Assembly: GCA_013791935.1 (NCBI GenBank)
Contig: VMSV01000196.1
Location: 1,745 to 65,744 of the forward strand
Origin: Desulfobacteraceae bacterium
Lineage (GTDB): Bacteria; Desulfobacterota; Desulfobacteria; Desulfobacterales; UBA5616
DNA length: 64,000 nucleotides
Direction: 5' to 3'
The notes beneath the pieces are model-generated. The model worked only from the letters and a program-made list of their open reading frames with translations. It had not been told where the DNA came from and did no database searches. Both the position numbers and the translations under genes were made by a program. Positions 9,342 through 18,015 of this stretch are shown piece after piece. Positions within the stretch are counted from its first letter, which is position 1; every line of letters begins with the position of its first letter.

Positions 9342-10169
9342 TTAGGCTTTGCCATTGGAAGGGGTTTTAAAAATTTCCTCAACAACCCCTTCAAAAGATG
9401 AAACCGTGTCCGCCAACCCTATTTGAACTGCCTCTCCACCGCTAAAAAGGCCAGCCATGGTGTCATTAACCATTTTTTGATCAAGTTTCCGGTTTCTGGC
9501 CACTGCCTCCACAAGAATCTGATAGGCGTAATCAACCTGTTTCTGAATAGCCTCCCTGCCCCGATCCGATAAGGGGGCATCCGATGACCTTTCATTTACT
9601 TTTTCACCGGCATATACAGTGGTATATTTTACTCCAAATTTTTCATTGTAGCTGGATAGATCCTCATGAACCGCAATAATTCCGATAGACCCAACTATCG
9701 CAGTCCTGGAAAGAAATATTTTATCCGTTGCCGAGGCAATCAGATACCCTGCTGAAAGGGCCTTTTCGTTTGCCATGGCATAGATAGGTTTAATTTCCCT
9801 GGAGTTGTATATTTCATCTGCAAAATCGAAAACACCGGCAATGTCTCCCCCTGGTGTGTCCAGGTCAAATAGGATGGCCTTGACATCCGGGTTTTTTATA
9901 GCCGAACGAAAATCTTTCCGAAGATCCATGTAAGAGGTGCGCCAACTCCATCCGGATCTCTTATAAACCATCCCACCGTTTACAGAAATCACGGCAAGGC
10001 CGTCAGAAACCTCCAGGCAGCTTGTAGAGTCTTCAAACATGGACACGGAGGTTTCGGTATTTTGATTGTTTAATGCGACAAGGATTTCTCTTGCAGCCTC
10101 GATAGAAACCGCCAAAGGTTTTTGGATCAGGTGAAAGGGAGAAAAATGGTTTTCATTCATTTTAAACAT
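9342..10169 (-). CDS. S49 family peptidase, lambda gpC-type prohead maturation protease domain
   Basis: LAVISVNG, ILFDLDTPGG, ALSAGYLIAS, VGSIGII, VARNR, GLAD motifs. Confidence 0.88.
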   Translation of the reverse strand: MFKMNENHFSPFHLIQKPLAVSIEAAREILVALNNQNTETSVSMFEDSTSCLEVSDGLAVISVNGGMVYKRSGWSWRTSYMDLRKDFRSAIKNPDVKAILFDLDTPGGDIAGVFDFADEIYNSREIKPIYAMANEKALSAGYLIASATDKIFLSRTAIVGSIGIIAVHEDLSSYNEKFGVKYTTVYAGEKVNERSSDAPLSDRGREAIQKQVDYAYQILVEAVARNRKLDQKMVNDTMAGLFSGGEAVQIGLADTVSSFEGVVEEIFKTPSNGKA

Positions 10170-10301
10170 CAGCGTTTCCTTTTATGGATTCTTTATGAAA
10201 TCCCGGTCCGGCAAGGTGAACATGGAAGGTTTGGGGAGACACCTTGCCGGTCCATGGCCCCCGGGATTGCCATTTAACATGGAGCTTTCTCCCCAAAGCA
10301 A

Positions 10302-11051
10302 TTACCCGGTCATCACACAGGGGTCAGTTCTGCATGAAGAACATTGGGCTTTACCCGTATCTTCGATTGCAAGGCAATTCGAGAACGTGTTCAGCCCGGC
10401 CTTTTCCAGAATCCTTTGGATCTCGGTTTCCGGGTCATAATTTTCAAGGGATTTTTCAAGACCGGCTTTTTCCTTTGACAGTCTGTTCAATTTCATTTTC
10501 ATCGAAGTCCCATCTGTAGTTGATTTTCTTTCCTTTTCAACCTGCCGTTTAAAATATTCGTAATCCTGGCCCAATAGCGTTGACCGGTTTATGTTCAACT
10601 CAGGGCCTGTTTTCATAAGCCCTGTGCTGGGTGTGTAAGAGTATCTTTCGCCTTCAATTTGTTCAAAATAAACCTGACATTTAGCCGCCATAGAGAGGAA
10701 TTCGTTTAGGCTTTCTTGCTTAATTCGTGACAGATTGGTGCATTCTTGTTTGATCTCATCAGCCCGCCTTTTAAAAGTAACAGGGATAGAATCGGCCAAT
10801 TTGCCTTTTAGCTTTTTCAAATAAAGAGAGCAGGCGTCAATTTTCGACTTGGTATCGGCAAACACCCTCTTTTCCTGTTCAAGCAGTTCTCCGACCTCCT
10901 GGTTCATAAAGGCTTTTAATTGCAAATCAGTGACACGCTCATTTGCAGCGTTGTATTGCGCTCTTAAATCATTTTGAAATTGAACGACCTCAACAAAATT
11001 TTGGGCCAATTCTTCCAAGCTTGCGTTTTCTTTCGACAGTTTTGAAAACAT
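10302..11051 (-). CDS. Hypothetical coiled-coil protein with C-terminal Cys cluster
   Basis: 249 aa helical/heptad-rich ORF with AAGGA RBS, co-oriented in satellite operon. Confidence 0.7.
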   Translation of the reverse strand: MFSKLSKENASLEELAQNFVEVVQFQNDLRAQYNAANERVTDLQLKAFMNQEVGELLEQEKRVFADTKSKIDACSLYLKKLKGKLADSIPVTFKRRADEIKQECTNLSRIKQESLNEFLSMAAKCQVYFEQIEGERYSYTPSTGLMKTGPELNINRSTLLGQDYEYFKRQVEKERKSTTDGTSMKMKLNRLSKEKAGLEKSLENYDPETEIQRILEKAGLNTFSNCLAIEDTGKAQCSSCRTDPCVMTG

Positions 11052-11090
11052 TGGGATATCCTTTCTTGGTTTAAAGAGAATCAGGTATTC

Positions 11091-11309
11091 TTACATAGTA
11101 CTTTGATGCGTTTTATCTTCCCGGAAGCCTTTGGCCCTGGCTTGTGCGTTTTCAATTAAATGATTGCCCTGGCCGCTTGCCGGAAAGCCTGATTCTGACT
11201 TTTCAATTAATGTATCATTTCTTTTTTTTGCATCAGCAATCAAGGGATTGCCGGTTGATGAAATGATTCCCCGATTTTCTGGCTTGTTTGATTGTATGGT
11301 GCTTAGCAT
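11091..11309 (-). CDS. Small protein with two GNxLIxxAxxR repeats (scaffold-tail-like)
   Basis: 72 aa; GNPLIADAKKR and GNHLIENAQAR; AAGGAAAGAG upstream; start overlaps previous ORF. Confidence 0.6.
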   Translation of the reverse strand: MLSTIQSNKPENRGIISSTGNPLIADAKKRNDTLIEKSESGFPASGQGNHLIENAQARAKGFREDKTHQSTM

Positions 11310-11632
11310 GGCTCTTTCCTTTCTTTGGGTTTGGTATGGTTTTTAAAATCGACCTTAATCACTTTGTTCCCTATGGGTCGCTTGGTAAAGGCTTCCACGT
11401 GTCTGTCTATTTCCTGGACCGTATGAAACATGGGTTTGGACTGCTCAAACAGCGTCATCATGGCTTGGACCCCAAACGGACTTTTAAAGGAGTACTTGTC
11501 ATTCAGATCCAGGCTCTTTTTAACGATGTCGGTAATGTCGTTGGCCAGGTGTTTTAATTTCTTAATTTCCTCTAAATTTTCGCGTCTCATCATAAGAATG
11601 TTTTTCGTCCGTTCCCCGCAAAACCAATCCAA
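11303..11632 (-). CDS. Hypothetical protein
   Basis: 109 aa ORF directly downstream of origin; ends with phage-typical NKVIKVDF; true start may be a downstream Met. Confidence 0.55.
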   Translation of the reverse strand: MDWFCGERTKNILMMRRENLEEIKKLKHLANDITDIVKKSLDLNDKYSFKSPFGVQAMMTLFEQSKPMFHTVQEIDRHVEAFTKRPIGNKVIKVDFKNHTKPKERKEPC

Positions 11633-11686
11633 GGAGAGGAATGGTCCTGTGGTCTTTTGGTTAAAGGTTCCGACCGTTTTTTAAAT

Positions 11687-11881
11687 GGTCACCGTTTAGG
11701 TGACAATCCGGTGACTATCCAGGTGAGGGTCGACCATCAGCAAACCCGTTTCGGTTCTATCTTTGGTGACTATGGTGACTATTTTTCTAGCAAATATTAA
11801 ATATTAAAAAATAAAATATTAATAATAATAAAGTTATGTAAAAAAGCGTGTAAAAGTCACCTAAGGTCACCAAAGGTCACC
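11687..11881. repeat. Iteron replication origin of the satellite
   Basis: GGTGAC at 11699, 11710, 11765, 11774 and inverted GTCACC at 11688, 11856, 11866, 11876 (10-bp phasing) around an almost pure A/T core (about 11781-11845), immediately 3' of the helicase gene. Confidence 0.85.
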
Positions 11882-11885
11882 GGAA

Positions 11886-13559
11886 TCAGATTTCAAGTTT
11901 AAGCCCAATTCCATAATATCGATAAACACCCGAGACCCTTCTTTTCTCAAAGCGCTTGGTCATCATGGACCCAAAGGCCTTCATTTTTGGCACCCGTTTT
12001 GAAATGTTCAGTTCAAACCATTCCTCGAAGGCCTCGTATAATTCTTTTGCCCCGGCGGTCGCATCCGGGTTGATGATGCAGCAGTCATCCAGAAAATCAG
12101 CCAGCATGTCAGAATCCCTTTTGAATTCTGCGGTTGCTTCCACAACTTTAAGAGGCGGGCAAAGGCCTTGCTTTTGATACAGATGGCACCCCCGGATCAG
12201 CCAAGCCAGTATTTCGGGTGCCTCATCCTTCATTTTCTCAAACAAATGCTTATCAGCCCGCCGCTCATTGTCTGCCTGGGGCTCACGATTGACAAAGGAC
12301 ACCTCAAAACGCACTCTTAAGCACCTCTCCCAAAAAGCGAAGTCGTCCGCCGGTGCATTCGGGATATGGTTTGTGGATAGGATAAGGGTGTGGGTCGGTT
12401 CAAATTTGGTGAACATCTTATCGTGGGGAAGGCGTGCGATCACGGTATCGTCACTTGACAACCACTTGACCCTGGCCGGTGAAATCTTTTGATGAGGGTC
12501 CGTTTCCGACGCAATGGCAAGGTTAACCCGGTAAAGCATCATCAGATCCGGTGAAGGCCCGGAGGAATTTTTAAACCGTCCCTGGTCGAGAAGCATCTCG
12601 CTTGGAATGACGGTTGCCATTGGACCCAGGATGAACAGCAATATTTTGATCAGAAGGCTTTTGCCGTTTCTGCCCTGGCCTTCAAAAATGATAAATATGT
12701 GATCCTTGTTTTTTCGAAGAAGGGTCATGCCAAGCAGCCGCTGGAGGAACAAAACCATTTCCGGATCACCGTTCATGGTTTCATACAGAAACTTGAGGAA
12801 TCTCTTTGGGGTACCATACCAATCAGCCAATGGATGAGGGATGCATTGGGATTTCAGATCTTCCGGGAGACCTGGCCGGACAAGGCTTGAAACAAGGTTG
12901 TAAATATTTTTCTCGCAATGGGAAAAGCAAATTTCATTGGGCTCCGTGTCGAACTCTTCATTTAAAACGCCAAGGCCATTATAAGTGGTATGGGCGAAAA
13001 ACACACACTCGTTCCGGCCTTTGTTTGTCCGGAGCCATCTCGCCAGTTTCAGGCACCCCTTCATGGTTTTTTTCAGCCTGAATATTTTCGGGCTTTCCGG
13101 ATCAAGTTCTTTGATCTCCTTGTCAATGTCAAAGGCCTCTTCCAAGAGCCATTCCACGATGCCCTCAATAGCTGCCAGATACTGCCCTTTTTGATCAATT
13201 TGCCAGTTCGGCCCTTTGTCGTAGAACTCCCATTGACTGGTGGTTTTGTTGTGCAAAAAACATTTTCTATATCTGAACTTATAGAGTTCTGAGACGCCAA
13301 CAGCCCCGGTATCGTAGTACCCGGTATCCCGGATTAAGGCCTTTGCGCTTTCCCTTGATGGCTGGATACTTGTGGACCCAGATCCACCGTCATCCAGATC
13401 CGGTCCGGATTCTTCGGAAACCCTTAGCTTGACCACATCGGCGATCTGCCTATCGGTTTGCTGTAGAATAAAAGAATCAAGGCATGATACCGGGAAGCCC
13501 GGATCTTCGTCCGCCTCACCGTGTCCTGAGACCCTATATTCAATATTATCATCAGGCAT
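11886..13559 (-). CDS. P4/D5-family primase-associated SF3 helicase (D5_N + helicase + C-terminal wHTH)
   Basis: Walker A GQGRNGKS, Walker B IASE, STNHIP, AFWERC, LYEAFEEW, YYGIGLK. Confidence 0.9.
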   Translation of the reverse strand: MPDDNIEYRVSGHGEADEDPGFPVSCLDSFILQQTDRQIADVVKLRVSEESGPDLDDGGSGSTSIQPSRESAKALIRDTGYYDTGAVGVSELYKFRYRKCFLHNKTTSQWEFYDKGPNWQIDQKGQYLAAIEGIVEWLLEEAFDIDKEIKELDPESPKIFRLKKTMKGCLKLARWLRTNKGRNECVFFAHTTYNGLGVLNEEFDTEPNEICFSHCEKNIYNLVSSLVRPGLPEDLKSQCIPHPLADWYGTPKRFLKFLYETMNGDPEMVLFLQRLLGMTLLRKNKDHIFIIFEGQGRNGKSLLIKILLFILGPMATVIPSEMLLDQGRFKNSSGPSPDLMMLYRVNLAIASETDPHQKISPARVKWLSSDDTVIARLPHDKMFTKFEPTHTLILSTNHIPNAPADDFAFWERCLRVRFEVSFVNREPQADNERRADKHLFEKMKDEAPEILAWLIRGCHLYQKQGLCPPLKVVEATAEFKRDSDMLADFLDDCCIINPDATAGAKELYEAFEEWFELNISKRVPKMKAFGSMMTKRFEKRRVSGVYRYYGIGLKLEI

Positions 13560-13574
13560 ATGCAGGAGAGCCTT

Positions 13575-13964
13575 TTACCGGTTTACGAGGAGTTGTTCGG
13601 CTATCTTTTCCCGCCAGCGTCTCACGGTGGATGCATTGGCTTTGATCGCTTTGGCGATTTCTACATCCTTCCACCCGAGTTTAAAAAGAAGGCAGCACAA
13701 AAAAATGGCGGAAAAAGGGACCTTGTTATGTGAAAAAATAGTGTCGGTGATGGCAAAAAACTTTTCCTTGCAGACCATGCAGAAGCATTGCTGGTTTGAC
13801 CAGAACCTTTCCGGCAGCTGGCCATATTCAGCGCCACAATGTGGGCAGGCCGGAGACTTATGGATCTTCCTGATAAAATAATCCTCGCACCGCTCTTCAT
13901 TGAAAAGATTTGGCGAAATGTCATTGAATACATCATTTATGAAGTCTATTCCCATGAACATCAA
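13575..13964 (-). CDS. Zn-ribbon + HTH small protein
   Basis: CPHCG...CMVC and C-terminal HTH EIAKAIKANASTVRRW. Confidence 0.75.
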   Translation of the reverse strand: MMFMGIDFINDVFNDISPNLFNEERCEDYFIRKIHKSPACPHCGAEYGQLPERFWSNQQCFCMVCKEKFFAITDTIFSHNKVPFSAIFLCCLLFKLGWKDVEIAKAIKANASTVRRWREKIAEQLLVNR

Positions 13965-14032
13965 ATTCCTTTCATTGATTGTGATTTAACTCCCAGTTCA
14001 TTTTCCATTCCATTTCTAAATTTCAAATGTAA

Positions 14033-14085
14033 CCGAAACCCGCGCCTCTGTGACCCGTATAGAAAAAAAGTTCCGGGAAGGACCC
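14033..14085 (-). other. Lambda-type cohesive-end packaging site (cosQ + cosN-like)
   Basis: Minus strand GGGTCCT-TCCCGGAACTTTTTTTCTATACG-GGTCACAGAGG-CGCGGGTTTCGG versus lambda GGGTCCT-TTCCGGTGATCCGACAGGTTACG-GGGCGGCGACCT-CGCGGGTTTTCG. Confidence 0.75.
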
Positions 14086-14367
14086 GCAGGCCTCGGGCAT
14101 TGCCTGAGCCCGTTTGACCTTTGGCCTGTTTGGTTTTGGTGGGTGGTCCGGAGGGAGATAAAACCGGCTTTTTTTGACCAGAAAATCGATAAATAAGAAA
14201 TAAATATAGTCTGTAAAAAGTATAAAATAAAAAGATGGATAGAGATAATTTTAAATGAGTAGAGAGAGTGTTTCATTTTTCGATTCCGCTTCGGACCAAT
14301 ATATTCCGCAAATTGCCTAAATTTATCCGGATAGAAAGAAGGGTGGAATTATATTATTTGTGATTAT

Positions 14368-14613
14368 TCAACATTTGGTTCTTGAATTTAACCATCCAAC
14401 AAGATGGGTTCTCAAGACCGCTGGGGATCGCCCCACATGAAAAATCTTAGAGGCGATCGCTTCATCACGGGTTTTGCCAGTAACCATATTTCGAAAGCCA
14501 CCACGTGAATAAGGAAACCCAGGCAGTCTATCTTTATCAGCTTCTTTAAGTAAAATAGGATTAGGCCAACCATTTTCCTCTGCGATACCTTCCCAAAGTT
14601 TATTGTCTTCCAT
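14368..14613 (-). CDS. AlpA/excisionase-like small wHTH protein
   Basis: 81 aa; YSRGGFRN...IFHVGRSPAVLRTHLVGWL pattern; position typical of alpA in satellites. Confidence 0.65.
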   Translation of the reverse strand: MEDNKLWEGIAEENGWPNPILLKEADKDRLPGFPYSRGGFRNMVTGKTRDEAIASKIFHVGRSPAVLRTHLVGWLNSRTKC

Positions 14614-14688
14614 TTTTAATACCCTTTCTTAAAAAAAAATTATATTTAACTGTACGATCTGACGCAAAAATACATTGTGCATCAATAA

Positions 14689-14791
14689 TTGCAATACGTG
14701 CAAATGGCTTATTTTTGCAAACCCAAGAGTTGCAAATTAATAGGTTTGCAATCCAAAGGATTGCAAATTTGGATAGTTGGTTCTTATGCAG
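14689..14791. promoter_or_regulatory. Array of TTGCAA palindromes, putative operator of alpA-like operon
   Basis: TTGCAA at 14689, 14715, 14730, 14746, 14761 plus variants at 14698 and 14786; 15-16 bp periodicity. Confidence 0.6.
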
Positions 14792-14852
14792 AAAAATAAG
14801 GGGCGGATTAAATCAATTCACTTTAGGTGACAAAAGAATGATCATTTGAAGA

Positions 14853-15761
14853 CTAAAGCAAACCTTCTTCTTGAAGGTCTCTTCTTATAGTTGCGGTGGT
14901 TACTATCATTTCACTAACCATTTTTTTTAAGCTATTTATTTCTTCTGTTGTAGCGGCACTCTGAAGCAATTTCATTAATGCATCAATTTCTTTCTTTTTA
15001 ATCCCAGGTTTCAACAAAGCCGACTCAACTATCCTATATTTCAAAACTGCACCAATAAGTCGATCTCTAACCATTGCAGATTTATTTAAACGCACATCCT
15101 CGAACTGTTTCTCATGAAATGCGCTTGCCACTAATGTCTTTCTTTCACGTTTACGAGTCGAAATTATTTTTATGCCTTTTTTACTTTTGTCGGAATTCGG
15201 ACCTTTTATCGAGCCCGAAAGTATGGTTTCGCTTAAGGCTTTATGAATAATTCTTTCTGTTGGTAAACTCAGTAGGAATAACGAGGTAAAGTTTATTTTG
15301 TCCAAATTACTTTCAAGCCATACATAGAAAAATATTAAGACTTCCAAATGAACAAAAAACAGATCTTCGTCATCAGGTGGGAAGTAATATGGGCTAAGCA
15401 TATCTTCAAAAAAATCTGTTATCAAATAATAATCAGGTTCGTGAAAAAAATCATACTTAAAATTGCTTACTTTAATAAGGCTTTGGTCTTTTTCGGGAAA
15501 TCTAGGTCTTATGCCAAAATCCTTTTTCCCCCTAAGCTCTTTATATAACTTATCAAGTGTCTCGTGATAATATTTATTTTCACTTTTAGACGCAACAAGA
15601 GCCTTACGGGATATATGGTACCGAAAGGCCAACTTTCTGAGGAAAAAAGATTGTTGAGAAATTACTTGAAAAATTAATATGTTATCTATTCGATTCTCCG
15701 ACGCTATCAATTGACTGATAAAGTATTTGTCTAATTTATCATTTTCTGTTTTCTCATTCAT
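14853..15761 (-). CDS. Hypothetical protein with C-terminal HTH (putative element regulator)
   Basis: 302 aa; C-terminal VTTATIRRDL resembles a DeoR-type recognition helix; sits between int and alpA-like gene. Confidence 0.65.
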   Translation of the reverse strand: MNEKTENDKLDKYFISQLIASENRIDNILIFQVISQQSFFLRKLAFRYHISRKALVASKSENKYYHETLDKLYKELRGKKDFGIRPRFPEKDQSLIKVSNFKYDFFHEPDYYLITDFFEDMLSPYYFPPDDEDLFFVHLEVLIFFYVWLESNLDKINFTSLFLLSLPTERIIHKALSETILSGSIKGPNSDKSKKGIKIISTRKRERKTLVASAFHEKQFEDVRLNKSAMVRDRLIGAVLKYRIVESALLKPGIKKKEIDALMKLLQSAATTEEINSLKKMVSEMIVTTATIRRDLQEEGLL

Positions 15762-15849
15762 GCCTTCTGCAATTCCTTCTTAGATGACCCGGCAATGCTT
15801 GCAAGGGTAGTAAACTCTTCGATTCATCAACCTATGCCGGGTCAGATAA

Positions 15850-17097
15850 TCATGCCTTTTCAGTCCTTTTCAAATCATAAAATTCCGAAATCTTTTGTTG
15901 ACTTTTTTCCAGCCGTTTAACAGCAGCTTTAAAGGTGTCCGGCTGCAAATGCGCATAACGCCGGACCATCGCAAAAGAACTATGACCCATCAATCCTTGC
16001 AATATATATAGATCGGTGCCAGCCGCCGCATGCCAACTTGCAAACGAATGCCGGCAACTGTAAAAAACCAGTTTATGCCTTCTGTCAGTGATTCCGTCAT
16101 TAAAACCTTTTTGATCAACCACCTCCTGGAACAGACGCGGTGTTTCAAGATATGGCCTTTTCCCGGATCTCATGAAAATCAATGTATCTGGCTTGGCGTC
16201 TTGGGACTTTGAATGACGATCGACCAGAACTTGCTTTAAATCATCGGTCATGAATGCATGTCTGTTTTTGGAGTTCTTGGTATCCAGAATTTGAATTTGT
16301 TCGTTTCCAAAATCTATTACTCCCCAGGTCAATTTTAAAATTTCACTGGATCTCAGACCGCACCGGAAAGCCAACAAAACCATTGTATATGTGTCCAGGT
16401 CTTTGGTTTTTAATTCAGATAGGAGATTGTCGGCTTCATCCCGAGAAAAAAAGCTTAACCGACTGTTATCCGCTTCCGGAGGCTTAACCTGGGAAACAGG
16501 ATTCTTCCCATAAAAAATGTCATTGCGAATCGCATAATTAAAAACCTGCCGTGCAACAGCAAGAGCATATTTAATGGTACGGGGAGTAAGATGCAAGTCA
16601 CCCATGTTTTTTTTGATCATTTCAAAATGAAAAGGTGCTATTTTCCCGATCGGAAGGTTTCCGATCACGGGCGCTAAATATCTCTCAAAGAGTGGGACCT
16701 CGCGTTTCCATCCTTTTCGGGTTCTTTTGGTGGCTTTGTTAATTTCTAAATATTTACCCCACACATCGGAAAATTTAATGTTTTTTCGCTCTATTTCTTC
16801 GTCAGCCTTTTTTTGGGCCTTCTCATCTTTATTTTGCTTAAGTCTTTTAGCCTTTAAAGTAGTCGGTCCTGTACCATGGGTTTTGTTCTCTTTGAGCTCG
16901 TGAACTTTGCTTATGGCTTTTTCAAGGGTCATACCATCAAAGAGCCAGCCAAATCCTTCCTCAAGCCTCGTCTCACCAACAGTGTGGCGATATTGGTAAA
17001 ATACATCGCGCTGGGTTTTTATCCCCTTTTTTCGGGTTCTGGTAGGGTGGTAGCGGAACCTTAATCCCTTAACTGATGTTTGGTGCCATGTGAACAT
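15850..17097 (-). CDS. Tyrosine recombinase/integrase
   Basis: Catalytic GLRSSE, K (TKNSK), YSCRHSFAS, LMGHS, RRYAH; N-terminal arm-binding domain. Confidence 0.95.
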   Translation of the reverse strand: MFTWHQTSVKGLRFRYHPTRTRKKGIKTQRDVFYQYRHTVGETRLEEGFGWLFDGMTLEKAISKVHELKENKTHGTGPTTLKAKRLKQNKDEKAQKKADEEIERKNIKFSDVWGKYLEINKATKRTRKGWKREVPLFERYLAPVIGNLPIGKIAPFHFEMIKKNMGDLHLTPRTIKYALAVARQVFNYAIRNDIFYGKNPVSQVKPPEADNSRLSFFSRDEADNLLSELKTKDLDTYTMVLLAFRCGLRSSEILKLTWGVIDFGNEQIQILDTKNSKNRHAFMTDDLKQVLVDRHSKSQDAKPDTLIFMRSGKRPYLETPRLFQEVVDQKGFNDGITDRRHKLVFYSCRHSFASWHAAAGTDLYILQGLMGHSSFAMVRRYAHLQPDTFKAAVKRLEKSQQKISEFYDLKRTEKA

Positions 17098-17127
17098 TTA
17101 TTCCCCCGGTATTTTGCCAATTTTAAA

Positions 17128-17392
17128 TGGTGGCTAAGCATGGGTGGTGGTTAAATTAATAATCATTTAATAATAAATAGTTACGTTTAATCAACTCTCT
17201 TTTTATACTTGATCTAAGGCTTTCTTTTCAGGGAAATCCTCCGGGTTAAAAAACGGTGGCGAAGTGGTGGTTTCTCCATAAAGCCTTGCTCTGTAAGGCC
17301 TTACGGGAAGCGCCTTGGGCGATTTTTAAAAAAATAATTCATTTTGATTTTGATAAATTCCTCCGTAAATTTCGCCACCAAAAAACCACCAT
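17128..17392. repeat. Putative integrase arm-type sites
   Basis: Paired GGTGGC...GTGGTGGTT motifs near 17128-17152 and 17255-17272, inverted CGCCACCA...AACCACC near 17372-17392. Confidence 0.5.
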
Positions 17393-17507
17393 TTAATTAT
17401 GATTTTGGATGATTTTAGATTTTGAAGGATGAAGCACACATTAGATGTATATAAATGATATGTCAACAAAAAATGACAGAATGTTGAAATACGTGATGGT
17501 CAATTTT

Positions 17508-17567
17508 GAGGACTCAAAATCCTCCGGGGGCAACCCCATGGGAGTTCGATTCTCCCCCTCGGCACCA
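17508..17567 (+). tRNA. 3' fragment of tRNA-Leu(CAA), att site (not a full tRNA)
   Basis: GAGGA-CTCAAAA-TCCTC anticodon arm, long variable arm, GTTCGATTC T-loop, CCA end; no D-arm or 5' acceptor strand upstream. Confidence 0.88.
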
Positions 17568-17577
17568 TTATAAAATC

Positions 17578-17612
17578 AAGGGGTTAGCCTTTTTGGGTTA
17601 ACCCCTTTTTTG
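17578..17612 (+). terminator. Terminator-like hairpin after tRNA fragment
   Basis: AAGGGGTTAGCC-TTTT-GGGTTAACCCC followed by T-run. Confidence 0.6.
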
Positions 17613-17825
17613 TGCCGAAATCGCGGATTGTGCCCGAAATTGTGTCCATGAGTGATTTTAGGTAGGCCTCCTGGCGCTGTTCGGCAAGTATTAGATCCGC
17701 ATCATTGACGATATTGTATCGGTCAAATACGGCACGCGTTTTATGGCCTGAAATCATCATTGCCACTCTTTCGGGGATGCCGGACCGGATCATGTTCCGG
17801 ACCGCGGTTCTGCGGAAATCATGCT
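17584..17825 (-). pseudogene. C-terminal remnant of a second tyrosine integrase
   Basis: [36 protein letters not shown]; rest of gene missing. Confidence 0.88.
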
Positions 17826-18015
17826 CTCAATATTGTAATAAGAAAGCGGTCAAATCATCGAGGTCTCCAGCCTCGCCCAAAAGGCGGGAGGGAAATTTCA
17901 TGTTTCGTCTAAAATAAGAAAAAAAGTTGCAATGTGGCTTATTATGATTTAATTTAGACTCAAAGGTGACAATTTGGCACCAAAAAAACCGCTATTAGAT
18001 TGGAAAGGCAAAAAT

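Larger units (their letters stand above)
9342..17567 (-). mobile_element. Phage satellite-like (PICI/P4-like) integrative element core; left boundary not seen in window
   Basis: Co-oriented integrase, regulator, AlpA-like gene, cos-like site, P4/D5 helicase, iteron origin and S49 protease, ending at tRNA-Leu 3' fragment; no capsid or tail genes. Confidence 0.8.

Noticed and set aside
11687-11881. CRISPR array (also considered for 14689-14791 and 63841-63931)
   Set aside because: Repeats are 6-7 bp with no 25-45 bp unique spacers and no cas genes.
13575-13964. IS1595/IS1-family transposase
   Set aside because: The Zn ribbon and HTH resemble the N-terminus, but no DDE domain or terminal inverted repeats are visible and it is embedded in the operon.
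9342-17097. Complete prophage
   Set aside because: No terminase, portal, major capsid, tail or lysis genes.
17508-17567. Functional tRNA-Leu gene
   Set aside because: No 5' acceptor strand or D-arm upstream; only the anticodon-to-CCA portion is present.
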